Assembly (NCBI GenBank): GCA_964016885.1
Contig: OZ024754.1
Location: 22,320,001 to 22,384,000, forward strand
Direction: 5' to 3'
Length of the DNA: 64,000 bases
Source of the DNA: Eledone cirrhosa
Lineage: Eukaryota
The position numbers and the translations under genes are program-made. Of this stretch, positions 1 through 19,784 are shown one piece after another. How positions within the stretch are numbered: position 1 is the first letter of the stretch; every line of letters starts with the position of its first letter. Below the pieces are notes generated by a model, which was not told where the DNA came from, made no database searches, and saw only the letters and a list, made by a program, of their open reading frames with translations.

Positions 1-516
1 GAACACCAGACTACGACCTCTAACTGGATTGTCGTGGATTATGTGAAAGGCATATAATCGAAATATACACTCCCCTGACCATGAAAATGCCGAAGTACAT
101 GAAATACTTGCCATCCCTGCGCTGTTCATCTCCAATACTTATAACACTTTTAATGCTTGCACTATCTTTAATGCTTATAATATTTCTCCACACACAGACT
201 ATATCAATCATATAAAGATTTTGCACCAGATCTACCAACCTAACACTCTTATTTACCTACCTAAGTGCCTCTACCACACATATCTCTCTGCCACACTATA
301 TAAACAAGACGCACATGCGCGCCACACATATAACATTTGCACTATATAACCACTTATCTTCATGTTGTACTTTAACCTATATCTTTGATTTTTGATTGTA
401 CCCTATTAATATAAATGTAATCTCGAAGTGTGTACTGCCACTCTAAATTCTGTAATGAATGTTGACCCACAATGTTTGAATATGTATCAATGTTTGAATA
501 TGTATTGGTATGTCTC

Positions 517-812
517 TCGGCTGAAAAGGAGGTCATATAACTGTCCATGCATTAATAAATTGCTCCGAAGAATCCAAACCTCGGTTTGGAGGAAACAGCT
601 GAAAGCACAATAATGTTTTGAGCAGTTCTTTGATTCTTATATTTCATATAACTGCTCTGTAAATCATCTGATGTTTTTACATTGAGCTACTTAACTTACT
701 GGTAATAAGGTAGTAATACATTACTGCCTACCACTATTTAGGGTGTGTGTAAAATACTTACAACTGCTTAAGGTTTTGTATTTGCATAACCATAAATAGT
801 ATAACTAATACT
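517..812 (+). mobile_element. Small non-coding Penelope-like (pLTR/retrozyme-type) element with hammerhead motif; 5' boundary uncertain
   Basis: Homologous to 10725-11075 (shared aaaggaggtca...tgctccgaaga, actgctctgta, acattgagcta, cttactggtaataaggtagtaata); ends directly at the (TA)n array. Confidence 0.55.
559..607 (+). ncRNA. Hammerhead ribozyme-like motif, variant and probably inactive copy
   Basis: tgct-CCGAAGA-[tccaaacc tc ggtttgga stem II]-GAAAC-AGCT-GAA-agca; stem I tgct/agca; U4 replaced by C and GUA replaced by GAA. Confidence 0.5.
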
Positions 813-4731
<3,919 letters not shown>

Positions 4732-5208
4732 AAATTGGAATAAATGCTCTGAAATAGCGATATATATGTGAATATAGACATAGAATATTCCGAAAATATT
4801 CTGTATGTTTATAATAAACATTTTGAAGACCTAATCGCTATAGAATAGAATACGTCACGTATTACAATTAGATTCTCGATAAAAGCAAGGGAAGTAATCT
4901 ACGCGTTTCATTCTTGTTAGAAATCATCAGGGACTACATATCCAGTGCTTTTTATCGAGAATGACACAGCTAGAGACTTATAGAATACTTAGCTGTGTAC
5001 AGGAACTGGTTTGAAAGAGCGGTTGCCGGTCCGGCAGAAATTAGAAATTGGAATAAATGCTCTGAAATAGCGATATATATGTGAATATAGACATAGAATA
5101 TTCGAAAATATTCTGTATGTTTATAATAAAACATTTTGAAGACCTAATCGCTATAGAATAGAATACGTCACGTATTACAATTAGATTCTCGATAAAAGCA
5201 GGGAAGTA
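4732..5208 (-). mobile_element. Retrozyme-like / non-autonomous Penelope-like element: 313-bp monomer plus ~165-bp partial tandem copy
   Basis: Direct repeat 4732-4896 = 5045-5208 (period 313); contains a minimal hammerhead; flanked by (TA)n on the left and tat plus the gap on the right. Confidence 0.7.
4894..4937 (-). ncRNA. Minimal type I hammerhead ribozyme (PLE type)
   Basis: Minus strand GUAGUCC-CUGAUGA-U UUCU AACA AGAA U-GAAA-CGCG-UA^GAUUAC; conserved core nucleotides intact, palindromic CGCG loop III, stem I extended by inverted repeat 4872-4887/4946-4962. Confidence 0.8.
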
Positions 5209-5211
5209 TAT

Positions 5212-5411
5212 NNNNNNNNNNNNNNNNNNNNNNNNNNNNNNNNNNNNNNNNNNNNNNNNNNNNNNNNNNNNNNNNNNNNNNNNNNNNNNNNNNNNNNNNN
5301 NNNNNNNNNNNNNNNNNNNNNNNNNNNNNNNNNNNNNNNNNNNNNNNNNNNNNNNNNNNNNNNNNNNNNNNNNNNNNNNNNNNNNNNNNNNNNNNNNNNN
5401 NNNNNNNNNNN
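5212..5411. other. Assembly gap (200 N)
   Basis: Run of n. Confidence 1.
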
Positions 5412-7124
5412 CCTACTCCGTGGCTACCGTCTATCTTTATTGCCCTGCACTTTGTTATACAGCTGTCGTCTTTCATGCGCATCACGTGTCCATACCAACG
5501 TAGCCTTCTCTCGAGTAAACAACATCTGATCCTCTTATCTCTAATTTTTTCCTTAGTTCGTTTATGCTTTGCCGTTCACGTATATTACTATTGCACATCC
5601 AGCGGAGCATGCAAGCTTCGTTCCTCTCTAGTCTGCGTATATCCTCTGCACACAATGCCCAGGTCTCACTGCCATGCAGCATTGCTGTTCGTATGCAGGC
5701 ATCGTATAACCTGCCTTTCATTTTAGGGAGAACCCTCTAGCGGCTAATAGTGGTATAAGCTCTCTGAACTTTTTCCATCCAGTTCTGACTCTAGCTACTG
5801 TACTTTCAGAGCACCCTCCCCCACTGCTGATTTTGTCACCCAGATAACGGAAGCTGTCCACTATTTCTATAGAACCCTCTGCGCAGTTGAAGGAGCTAGT
5901 ATTTTGTGGGCACTTGCTGCTACTTATTGCACCAGAGCACCGGCCACATGTAAAATCTATGTTCTTAGTTAGCTTACCTGTGATCCCACTACATCTTTTA
6001 TGCACCCATACTTTGCATTTGGGACATAAAATGGAGTTTCTACCTACGCCTTTCCTACACACTGAGCATGGCCATTTCCCCGATGGGACCGCCGCCTTAT
6101 TTTCTTTCCTACAAACTAGAACTTTAGTCTTAGCCAGGTTAATTTTAAGGCCTTTTGATTCTAGGCCGTGCTTCCACGTTTGGAATTTCTTCTCTAGTTC
6201 GGTCATTGATTCAGCTATGAGCGTTAGATCATCTGCGTATAGGAGTTCCCATGGGCAGCCGGTCTTGAACTCCTCTGTTATAGCCTGAAGGGCAATAATA
6301 AATAGTAGGGGGCTAAGAACAGAGCCCTGATGGACACCAACTTTTACGCTAAACTCTTCACTATATTCGTTGTTAATTCTAACCTTACTGACTGTTTCTT
6401 TATACATGGCTTGTATAGCTCTCACAAGCCATTCGTCAACACCTAGTTTTCTAAGAGACCACCAGATAATGGAACGGGGGACTCTGTCGAAGGCTTTCTC
6501 TAAGTCGACGAAAGCTAAGTATAGGGGTTTACTTTTAGCTAGGTACTTCTCCTGTAGTTGTCGTACAATGAAAAGAGCGTCTGTGGTACTTTTGCCTGAC
6601 ACAAACCCGAACTGCATTTCATCTAGATCAATTCTCTCTCTGATTAGTTGCGCTATTACTTTTTCCGTGACCCTTCATGACCTGGTCGATTAATTTAATG
6701 CCTCTATAGTTACTCCTATCTAGGGCATCTCCTTTTCCCTTATAGCAGTTAACGATGATGCTGCTACGCCATTCCTTCGGAACAACCCCATTCTGTACGA
6801 CTTGGTTAACTATCCGGGTGACCATGGTGTGTCCCACCGAACCAGATGCTTCAGCATCTCAGCAACTATTTCCGAAGGCCCAGCCGCCTTACCCGTCTTC
6901 ATATCTTTGATTGCCTTACTTATTATACTACCTTCAACTAACACTGCTGGTCCCTCTATTGGGTCGATGTGGGGTAGACTGTCTTTCTCCCATTTGTTCT
7001 CCTCATTTAGAAGCCTTTCGTAGTGACACTTCCAAGCTACCTTCTTATCAGCGTCGGTGATGGCAAGTATGCCATCATCGTTAAGTACACACTTCTCCCC
7101 GACAATATCACGGTTTTCCTTGAC
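5412..7124 (-). mobile_element. RTE-clade LINE fragment (family B): RT domain and C-terminal region, frameshifted
   Basis: ORFs 5718-6617 (QFGFVSGKSTTDA, FVDLEKAFDRVP, GVHQGSVLSPLLF, LLYADDL), 6628-6837 and 5482-5721 (LHGSETW). Confidence 0.93.
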
Positions 7125-10711
<3,587 letters not shown>

Positions 10712-10724
10712 GAGAGAGAGAGAG

Positions 10725-11075
10725 AGAATTCACAAGAATCAAAGCTATGTTCAAAGCATTTATTCACTTACAATTGCTCCATCCAAACCTAGGCTTGGAG
10801 TCTTCGGAGCATTTTTCAGTGTTTGTACACATAATTGACCTCCTTTCTCGGTTTGGATGAAACAGTTGTAAGTGAATAAATGCGTTGAACATAGCTTTGA
10901 TTCTTGTGAATTCTATATAACTGCTCTGTAGAACAACTGTTTTTATTACATTGAGCTATTTATCTTACTGGTAATAAGGTAGTAATAAATTACTGAACTT
11001 CACTGTTTCGGGTTTGAAATATACATAACTATAAAAAGTTTTAATATATACATAACCATAAATACTATCCTTAAT
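10725..11075. mobile_element. Penelope-like small element with an inverted 5' copy (minus 10725-10851, plus 10847-11075) carrying two partial hammerheads
   Basis: ~65-bp inverted arms 10725-10790/10850-10914; minus CCGAAGA-ctccaagcc ta ggtttggat-GGAGC-AATT-GTA; plus GAAAC-AGTT-GTA-agtg; same family as 517-812; microsatellite on both sides. Confidence 0.65.
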
Positions 11076-11085
11076 ATTATATATA

Positions 11086-11151
<66 letters not shown>

Positions 11152-11237
11152 GTTTGAAAAATAAAATGTAAAGTGATATTTGAATGAATGTAGTTTATTG
11201 TATAGGAATAACATTGGTATACATTCTTACAAACAGC

Positions 11238-11279
<42 letters not shown>

Positions 11280-11298
11280 ACACACACACACACACACA

Positions 11299-11337
<39 letters not shown>

Positions 11338-11701
11338 GTGGCACAAGGAATATCGTTAAATCTAGCACCTCCCTCCTCGCCTTATGACAACTGAGTTTTC
11401 TAATTAAAAGACATGGTGTCTCTCTCTGGAAGATTTTTATCTGAAAATGTCTGACCAGTTGGTTATTTAAAATTGGTTAATCAGATGGTTTATCTTCTAC
11501 TATGCAGACTAATCTCTCTCTCTCTCTCAGTAAATCCTAAAGGCTATTGTTGTTTGAAATGTGTCATATATATATATTAAATCACTGGCATCTGTAATTG
11601 GAGCATTTCAGCAATTTTCTTTATATTGTCTTCACGTCTTTTTTTTTCTTTTTGTTGTAAAGAATTTAATGCCATAAACTTATGGTTTATTATATATATT
11701 A

Positions 11702-13365
11702 CTAGCAGAATAGCCTAGGCATTGCTCAGGATTTGCTCTACGGTTCTTATATATTTGATATATACTTATCCTTATCGAGCCTCGTGAAATAAATGTTTGT
11801 TTATATTTTGTTATTGTGTATGCAAAAATATCTGTACACAAATATATGATTGTATCTATATATATATTTACTAGCAGCAGTACCCAGCATTGCCTGGGTA
11901 GGTAAAATAATATCTGCTTTGATGAAAAGGTGTTGATCTTAGCGACTGCTTCTCGATGACTCATCTATGGCCACACACAGGCCATGCAGGGGAGGGTGGT
12001 GATGACCTCTATCACTGAGAAACTCGGGTGACTGACGAAGGCGTATGCTGGGGTAGGGAGTTTCGAATTTGAACGAAATCTGTTGAAAAATGTGGGAGCT
12101 GGAGCCGAAAAGGTGGTATTTTCGAATATTTAAGCGGTTGCCATTTCTGAACAAATAATCCAAAATATAAAGCCACTTTAAGACATGAAATAATCAGATC
12201 TAGCGTAGTGTAAAATTTGAACAAAGGAGGTTAATTAATGTGGGAGCTAGAGCCAAAAATGTGGAAATTTAAGTTTTAAAGTGGTATGTTTGAATATTTA
12301 AGCGACTGCCACGCCTTCCCTGAACAATAAATGCAAAATATAAAGCCATTACAGGATGTGCAATGATAAATTCTATTTTGCTTTAAAATTTGAACGAAAT
12401 AGGTGGCAAAATGTGGGAGCTAGAGCCAAAAATCTTATTTTTCGATACCTAAAAAAGGTGACCCCTATCGATTTTTATCTGCAGAATGACCCCGGAATAA
12501 AAAAAAACATACGCTGATATATAAAAACACTCCCCCGATGACTAATCTATGAGCCTGTAAATTTTCATGAAAATCAGTCGTAAGATGTAGGCCCCTATAG
12601 GTAATACACAGACACACACATACTTAATTTTATATATATATACAGATATTAAAATAACAGATTAAAGTTTAAGCAAAGAATCGCTTCTTTCACCCTTAAC
12701 GGGATCTTCTGAAACTAAAAAAATCAATCTGTGAACGCAGAAGTAAATATTTCGAAATGTTTTTGTGTATGCAAAAATATCTGTCAGTGATTCAGTGATA
12801 CATGTGATTATGTAATCGCCGGCCTTTTTTGTGTTTGTGTAGGCAAAAATATCTGTAGAGGAATATATATATTAAAATAACATATGAAAGTTTAAGCAAA
12901 GAATCACTGCTTTCACCCTTAACAGGATCTTCTGAAACTAAAAAAATTAATCTGTGAACGCAGAAGTAAATATTTCGAAAAACGTTGCAACCGATGGAAA
13001 ACAGGAAGATGATACTTTGGTTCATAAAGACGTTCCCTGGCATAAGAATAAATATATATACACACACACACACTGATCGCGTCATAATGACATAATGCAG
13101 ACAGTCGGGCATATAGACAGATATTATAAGGGCGCGACGTTATATGTATGTATCTATCTAAAAAGAGAAAGACTAAGAATTATTGAGAGCGATCGCTAAA
13201 TCACCTAATGCAGTCCCTAGGGCATTGAAAATTAGAAATTTTTTTTGCTCAAAACACTCACGGGACCATAAGTATTACATATGTAAAGTTTGAAAAAACT
13301 CGGTTGAGTGGTTCTCGAGTTTTAGTGATTGGACAGACAGACATTCTCTGTTTTAGTAATATAGA
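11702..13365 (-). mobile_element. Non-autonomous Helitron A (contains nested Helitron B)
   Basis: Minus strand 5' TCTATATTACTAAAA, 3' hairpin cctgagcaatgcctagg plus CTAG followed by T; internal duplication 12647-12760/12870-12977. Confidence 0.65.
11871..12646 (-). mobile_element. Non-autonomous Helitron B nested in A
   Basis: Minus strand A|TCTGTATATA...acccaggcaatgctgggt-actgctgCTAG|T; A|T target without TSD; the corresponding uninterrupted site is seen in the duplicate near 12865-12880. Confidence 0.75.
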
Positions 13366-14020
13366 CTAGCAGAAAACAACCTGGTGGGCGGTTTTCTGCT
13401 AGCAAATCTAGTGTATATACTGATATTGTTGAGATTTGGATGAGAAATGTTTTCGGCACCACATGTTCACCGTCTCTCGGTGTGTCTTTTATGCATGTAT
13501 AAATATATATGTTATCTATACGGTGAAATCTTTGAAATAAATATATGTTAAAACGAAAAAGGAGAAAAAGAGATTAGTGACGGAAATATAAACGTTATGA
13601 TATAACGATGGAAATATATAAACGTTTACGATAAAACGATGGAAATAAAAACGTTTATATATAATTGTTTCTACTTTTGGCACAAGGCCAGCAATTATTC
13701 CAGTGTATTACTGGTACTTTATTTTATCGACCCGTTAAGGATGAAAGGCAAAGTTAACCTCGGCGGGTCTTGAACTCAGTCCGTAAAGGGACGTAACTGT
13801 GCTGCAAAGCATGGCGTCCGACCCTCTACTGATACTGCCAATCCACCGCCCTATATATAATGATAAGCCGAAACACTCGTAAAGCGAAACGTATAAATAA
13901 AGATTAATGTAATGAATTTGAAAAGCATAGAGATTTGAAACCGCGTCTATTTGTTTCCTTGGCATTTTTTTACAGACAGACAAACAAACAGAGAAATGCC
14001 CATTATATATTATAAGTAGA
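13366..14020 (-). mobile_element. Non-autonomous Helitron C abutting A (a SINE is inserted inside)
   Basis: 3' CTAG at 13366-13369 with hairpin gcagaaaac...gttttctgc; 5' TCTACTTATAATATATAA. Confidence 0.6.
13661..13850 (-). mobile_element. tRNA-derived SINE with Meta/MESC-type core
   Basis: A-box-like tggcagtatc, B-box gagttcaa, core cctttcatcctt-acgggtcgataaaataaagtacc, tail tagaaacaattat. Confidence 0.85.
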
Positions 14021-14265
14021 CTTGGCATGGTGTCAAGTCAGAACCGCCTCGAACTGGTTATTTCTGGCTTGTGCAAGGTGTCTCTATAGCAACCAACGAT
14101 TCCCTCGATCAGTGGAGAGGGGAAGGTAATGTTTCTATAGCGACAGTGTTTCTCTTGGTAGTACCAAAGTGGAGAAAGGAAGGGGAAGGTAATATTTCTG
14201 TAGCACCTACATTTGAGTTTTAGGGAAGGACAGACAGACAGACAGACAAACAGAGAAATGCCCAT
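14021..14265 (-). mobile_element. Probable Helitron D remnant abutting C
   Basis: Starts cttg (degenerate ctag) with a nearby hairpin; shares subterminal cagacaaacagagaaatgcccat with C. Confidence 0.35.
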
Positions 14266-14268
14266 ATA

Positions 14269-14301
<33 letters not shown>

Positions 14302-14501
14302 TACACACACAGAAATGTATATATATTTCTGTGTGTGTGTATATATATATATATTACACACACAGAAATGTATATATATTTCTTAGAACAAAATTATTAT
14401 TAATGTTTTGCTGTTCATAACAATTGGAATTGAAAAATTACTTTTGAAATTATTAGTTATTTTACTAATGCTTAGATATGTAAAAATGAAGCAATGTTTC
14501 T

Positions 14502-14685
14502 AATAATTGTTTCTACCTTTGGCACAAGGCCAGCAATAGCCCAGTACATTACTGGTACTTTATTTTATCGACCCCGTGAGGATGAAAGGCAAAGTTAACC
14601 TCGGCGGTATTTGAACTCAGACCGTAAAGGGACGTAACTCCATGCTGTGAAGCATGGTGTCCAACTCTCTACAGATTCTGCCAAT
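14502..14685 (-). mobile_element. Meta-core SINE copy
   Basis: Near-identical to 13661-13850. Confidence 0.85.
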
Positions 14686-15041
14686 GTCTGTACGTAATGA
14701 GGGAGTGAGAGGGGAGAGAAAAAAAGGCAGAGGTGAAGTGACAAAGTGACTCCTCCTCCTCCATCTCCCCATTCATCACAGCGATAGAGGGGAGGAATGT
14801 TAGTGTGTTACAAAGAGAAAGAGTGAGAGAAACAGACAGACTAAAAGAGAGGGATAGCTGGAGAGAGAGAGAGAGAGAGAGATAGCAACAGATACAGTAC
14901 AGTAGCTAAGGAATGTATATATATTTCTGTGTGTGTAATATATATATACATACACAAAGAAATATATATACATTTCTGTGTGTGTATATATATATATATA
15001 TATACAATATTAAATAAATGGAAAACTATATTTATAAAACC

Positions 15042-15118
15042 ATATTTATTTCATTATATATATTTCGGGGATATCATATTAACAATATGCTATGCCTTCA
15101 TCAGACAAAATACAATAT
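15042..15118 (-). ncRNA. Hammerhead ribozyme motif (PLE type)
   Basis: Minus strand auauuguauuuugu-CUGAUGA-[aggcauagcauauu guu aauaugauaucccc]-GAAA-UAUAUA-UA^augaaauaaauau; intact core, palindromic stem/loop III, stem I pairs with wobbles; lies ~40 bp from a (TA)n run. Confidence 0.7.
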
Positions 15119-15475
15119 AAACAGTTTTATAGATAAATATATTCGACATACCGTAATAAACATCAACTTCATTTGAAGAGGTTCACTCTAGCAGTGAAAA
15201 TACAGAGAGAAAGAAAGAGAGAGAGAAAAGAGGGAAATAAGAAAGAAAGAAAGACGAAACGAAGAAAAGGAAGAAAAAGAAGAAAAAGAAGAAATGCATG
15301 GGACAAAATAGAGAGATGGAAAAATAGATAAAGCGAAGAGCTTCATGTAAAGAGACCGAAAGAGATATATATATATATATAGAGAGAGGAAATAGAGATA
15401 GATACATATATAAATATAGATATAGAAAAATTAGGTAGTGGGAGGTCATTTTGAGTAAGTGTATCAATGATGCAT

Positions 15476-15510
<35 letters not shown>

Positions 15511-16771
15511 GCTCAAGTATTAATGTAAGGGAGATATAGAGAGATATAGAGAGATATAGAGAGAGAAAAATTTAAAAATAGCCAGACATATTCGAGGCGT
15601 AGAAAACCCTATGTTTTAATGTATTAGTATTTATAAAACTTACACTATATTGTAAATATCAGTATTCCTGAATGAAACAAGTATTCACAATGCGTGAAAA
15701 TTCATTATCTTATGTTTAGTTTTTTAAAAAATTCATATGTCTATGTGAATCCAACTGATTCACTCCGCAAATTCAAAGTTACCGGAAAACATTCTCAATG
15801 TGGTATAAACATTTGAGCGTATTATTATTCTTGCGATTACTCTACAAGATTATCTATCAAGCAGAAATAGAGAGCAGATTTCAATATACTAATCGAAAAT
15901 ATATATTATATTATAAGCAGAGATAACAATAATAATGATAATAAGTAAAAATATATAAAAATATAAAAATATAGAATAGAAAACTAAAAAAGAATATTAC
16001 GAAAGAATATTACATAATAAAAATATTGCATATTAAAAATACTATGTTTTAAAATTATTACGTATTAAAACTTTACATATAAAAATATTAAAAATAAAAA
16101 TAAAATAAAATAAAAAATAAAAAATAAAAATATAAAAATATTATAGAATACTACAATACTAAAAGAATAAAAATAAAAATAAAAATAAAAATAAAAATAA
16201 AAATAAAAAATAAACCACAAAGAACAACCCTTCAAGGTTAATTGACAATATATTGCCAAGTTCACTACAAGACAAAGCCAAAAATTATCTATCAAATCAC
16301 ATCTAGCAAGGAATATCGCAAAAAAAAAAAGGTTATGATGTCCAATAATGTCTACATATGTTCCTATATTTAATATATAAGTTTATCAAGTGTAAGGTTA
16401 ATTCATAAAATTTGGAGCATCGGCTTTTAGGGTAGCTTAATTTTTCATGAGGAATGTTTAGATAAAAATAAAAATAAAAAATAAAAATAAAAATAAATAC
16501 AATAAAATAAACAGTAAAAAGAGGGAATCAAAGATTTAGGAATCAAAAGATTTATCGGCTAGTTCTCATATAAATATAAATCAAACTAAATATACTACAT
16601 TTTAAATTTAAATTTATATTTAAACGTTGAGTTTAATCTATGTTTGCAACAACTGAATAAATTTGTCCGTAGGTTAAGGGAATTTTTAGATTTTAGTATA
16701 AAGAATTATTTAATATTGTAAATATACTCCAAGTATTTGTCGAGTGCTTTTATATCAGTTATAAATATTTA

Positions 16772-17152
16772 CTAGTTGTAACCCAACAATTTTAAATATA
16801 ACTTTACATGTATATATATATATATATATATTACACACACAGAAATGTATATATATTTCTGTGTGTATATATATATATATTACACACACAGAAATGTATA
16901 TATATTTCTGTGTGTATATATATATATTTCTATGTGTGTATATATATATATATTACACACACACAGAAATGTATATATGTTTCTGTAGCACTCCTCAATT
17001 CCCCCCTCTCTCTCTCCCGCTATCCCCCTCTTGTAGTCTGTCTCTTTCTTTCACTCTCTCTCTACGCGTGCGCAAAAAACATTCACACGCGCGCACGTTT
17101 CCACTGTCGGACAGACAGACAGAGAAATTGCTGGTTATATATTATAAGGAGA
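16772..17152 (-). mobile_element. Non-autonomous Helitron E with internal tandem AT/GT repeats
   Basis: Plus strand a|ctag...tataaggaga|t = A|TC...CTAG|T on minus; 5' subterminal sequence shared with C and D. Confidence 0.55.
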
Positions 17153-18834
17153 TGTGTGTGTGTGTGTGTGTGCAAATATAAGTGCGGAAATCGAAAAATA
17201 AAATATGATATATAAAAATATATGAAAGACCGAATATGAGCCTGTAAACGGCAATCTACCTCTCTCTACTTTTCTTACCAACTAAATATACCAATACTTT
17301 CTTAATGTAGATAACTTATTAATACGAAGATAAAATCTCATGCCAGTTCTAACCTGTATATTTACTTCTTTTCTGTTTTCTGTGCACCCTTGTGCTTTCA
17401 ATGTATATGTGTATTCTTGGGTTACTAGCTATGTATTTGTCCTTCAGCAAGACACTTTATTTCACGTTACACCAGTTCACTGAGCTAAGTTGTACCTGTA
17501 ATTCTAAGGGCCAGTCTTGTCACTCTCTGTGTCACGCTGAATCTCCCTGAGAACTATGTTAAGTGCACAGGCATGTGTGGAATGCTCAGTCTCTTGCACT
17601 TTAATTTCAGGAGCAGGCTATTCTGTTGATCGGATCAACTAGAACACTCATCTTTGTAACCGACATAGTTTTTTCAGTGTTTTTCATCAGCTATATAACA
17701 TTCTTCTTATATCTTCACACTCTTTTTACCTGCCTTTTTCTTTTCTAGTACTTACCTGTCTGTTTGGCATGAATGCCACACAATCTCACACTAACTTTTT
17801 CTTAATAAATCAACCTATAACCTCACATTTCCTTGAAGTAATCAATGTGTCTAATATATTCATATATATACACATATATAAACCTGTGTTTGCTGAATAA
17901 TGGAGTATTAGGGAAAATTTTAAATGTGCACGCCCCATCGCAAATGATCATAATATTCAATGACAGTAAATAATAGGTAAACTACCTTTGTTCAAGTTTT
18001 TTCCAACTCCAGGGGTACTTTATTTGATTTTCTCAACTATTTTGGGGAGATTGACTATTATTATGAACATACGCATTTCTAATTTCACACACGCCCACTC
18101 TGAATTTGCCCTTCGACTGACTATATATGTATATAGTCTAGACTGGTCTATATACACCATGGACTGGTCTTTAAACTGATTATATATATAGACACACCCT
18201 AGACTGACTATATATACTTGTATGTGTATATATATATATGTACACACGCACACACCTCAGACTGGCCTCCTTGCTCAATGTCTTTGCCAGCTGTCTTCAC
18301 AACTTCCTCTCCTCAACTAGACTCACACATTCTATCTACTCTCTTTCTCTGTCTATCTTTTATTCTTTCTCTCTTTGTCTTACTGCCCCCTTCTCTCACC
18401 TTTTTTTATCTTGCTTCATTTTTCCTCTCTCTCTTTCTCATCTTAACTATTGAAATTTCAAGTCACTACATTGATAAATAATAGATTTTCCTGTCTGAGA
18501 CTAATAATATAAAAGTAGAACTTAAATATTTAGCTGTTGGGATTTCTAAGTAAAAATATATCATAGGGAACTGTGACATTGGTGAGGCCCTTCTATTTCA
18601 AGTTTTTTGTTTTTGCTTTTTGTGTTAATGTTTCCATTTTCTGTTGAGTGTTTTGCTAAAACTGAATTCTTCCCATAAACTGGAGAAATTCGACAAATTG
18701 AAACTGAAACTCTACTAAAAGCATGATAAAATAAAAACAAAAAATATTATCTGGAATATAGACTTTAACCATTTCATTGCTATATTTCTAATGAAAGACA
18801 GCCTATGATCTTCAAATCATTTTGAAAATAGGGA

Positions 18835-19420
18835 AGACCAGGCGGTCTTACCCTCTGTCCCTAGGTGAGAGTTAGATGTCTCATCTGGGACGTCACAGTC
18901 AGTGAGTCTTTTGCTCCCTCCCACATCAGTGGATGTGAGGGTCACTGCTTCCGCTGCCTAAAAAATAAAATTTGGAAATGCCAGGGCTTATCAAACAATT
19001 CTTTTTTGCAGCCTGTGGCGTTCAAGACGTTCAGTGGAGTTGGGCCGCTGACAGCGAAGTTCTTGTCTTCACTGGCAGCTTGCCTTACTGAGGTGTCAGG
19101 TGATGCCCGTGTGGATGCCTGGTTATTTCAGCACCTTAGCCTCGCCATCACCCGTAGTAATGCTGCGAGTGTGTTAACCCCCAAGGTGTGAGGTGTTGCC
19201 GATTGTCACACTTGGTGGTGAATTGCGCCTTCCCCCCTTCTTTCTTTCCTTTATCATTTTTGTTCATGAATTTATATTAGACTTATTTGTCCTTCTGAAC
19301 GAATTGCGAGCAGTTTTTGGTGTTATTTACGCAATTGTTATGTTATTTATGTATTTATTTAAGACATATTTGCCAAGTTATTCTACTGTAAATTTATACA
19401 ACTATAATAAAAAACATTAA
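18835..19420 (+). mobile_element. 3' fragment of a CRE-clade non-LTR retrotransposon (restriction-like endonuclease region plus 3' UTR)
   Basis: ORF 18865-19191: LIWDVTV...PVAFKTFSGVGP...WLFQHLSLAITRSNAASVL; homologous to 54180-54740. Confidence 0.75.
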
Positions 19421-19784
19421 AGTAAATAAAATAATTCATGATCAAGAATCTGAAAGCATTTAGTAATATAACTTTCTTTCTCATTATTATTTTTCTGTTT
19501 GGGACAGAACAAAAGATTCTCGCATAAAATTATGGTGGAATGTTTTTAGATAAATCTAAACACTTTATAATAGACAGTTTTGTATTGTATGCAGTTTCAG
19601 ACAATTTATAATTTTGAAATGTTTAAAATATCTGAATATCGTCACAAGCATGACTGCATGGTTAAGAATTTCACTTTGGAACAACATAGTTGTGAGTTTA
19701 GTCCCACTTCATTGCTTCTACAATATCTCCATATTGACTAGTGCCTTGTGATTGAATTTAGTAGTAGTCGGAAAGTGTAAGATA

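Noticed and set aside
5168-5485. ORF spanning the N run
   Set aside because: Artefact of translating through the assembly gap
11530-11570. Possible ZFAND3 A20-finger exon (NPKGYCCLKC) after a CT tract
   Set aside because: Poor match to the expected NLCSKC motif and no good donor
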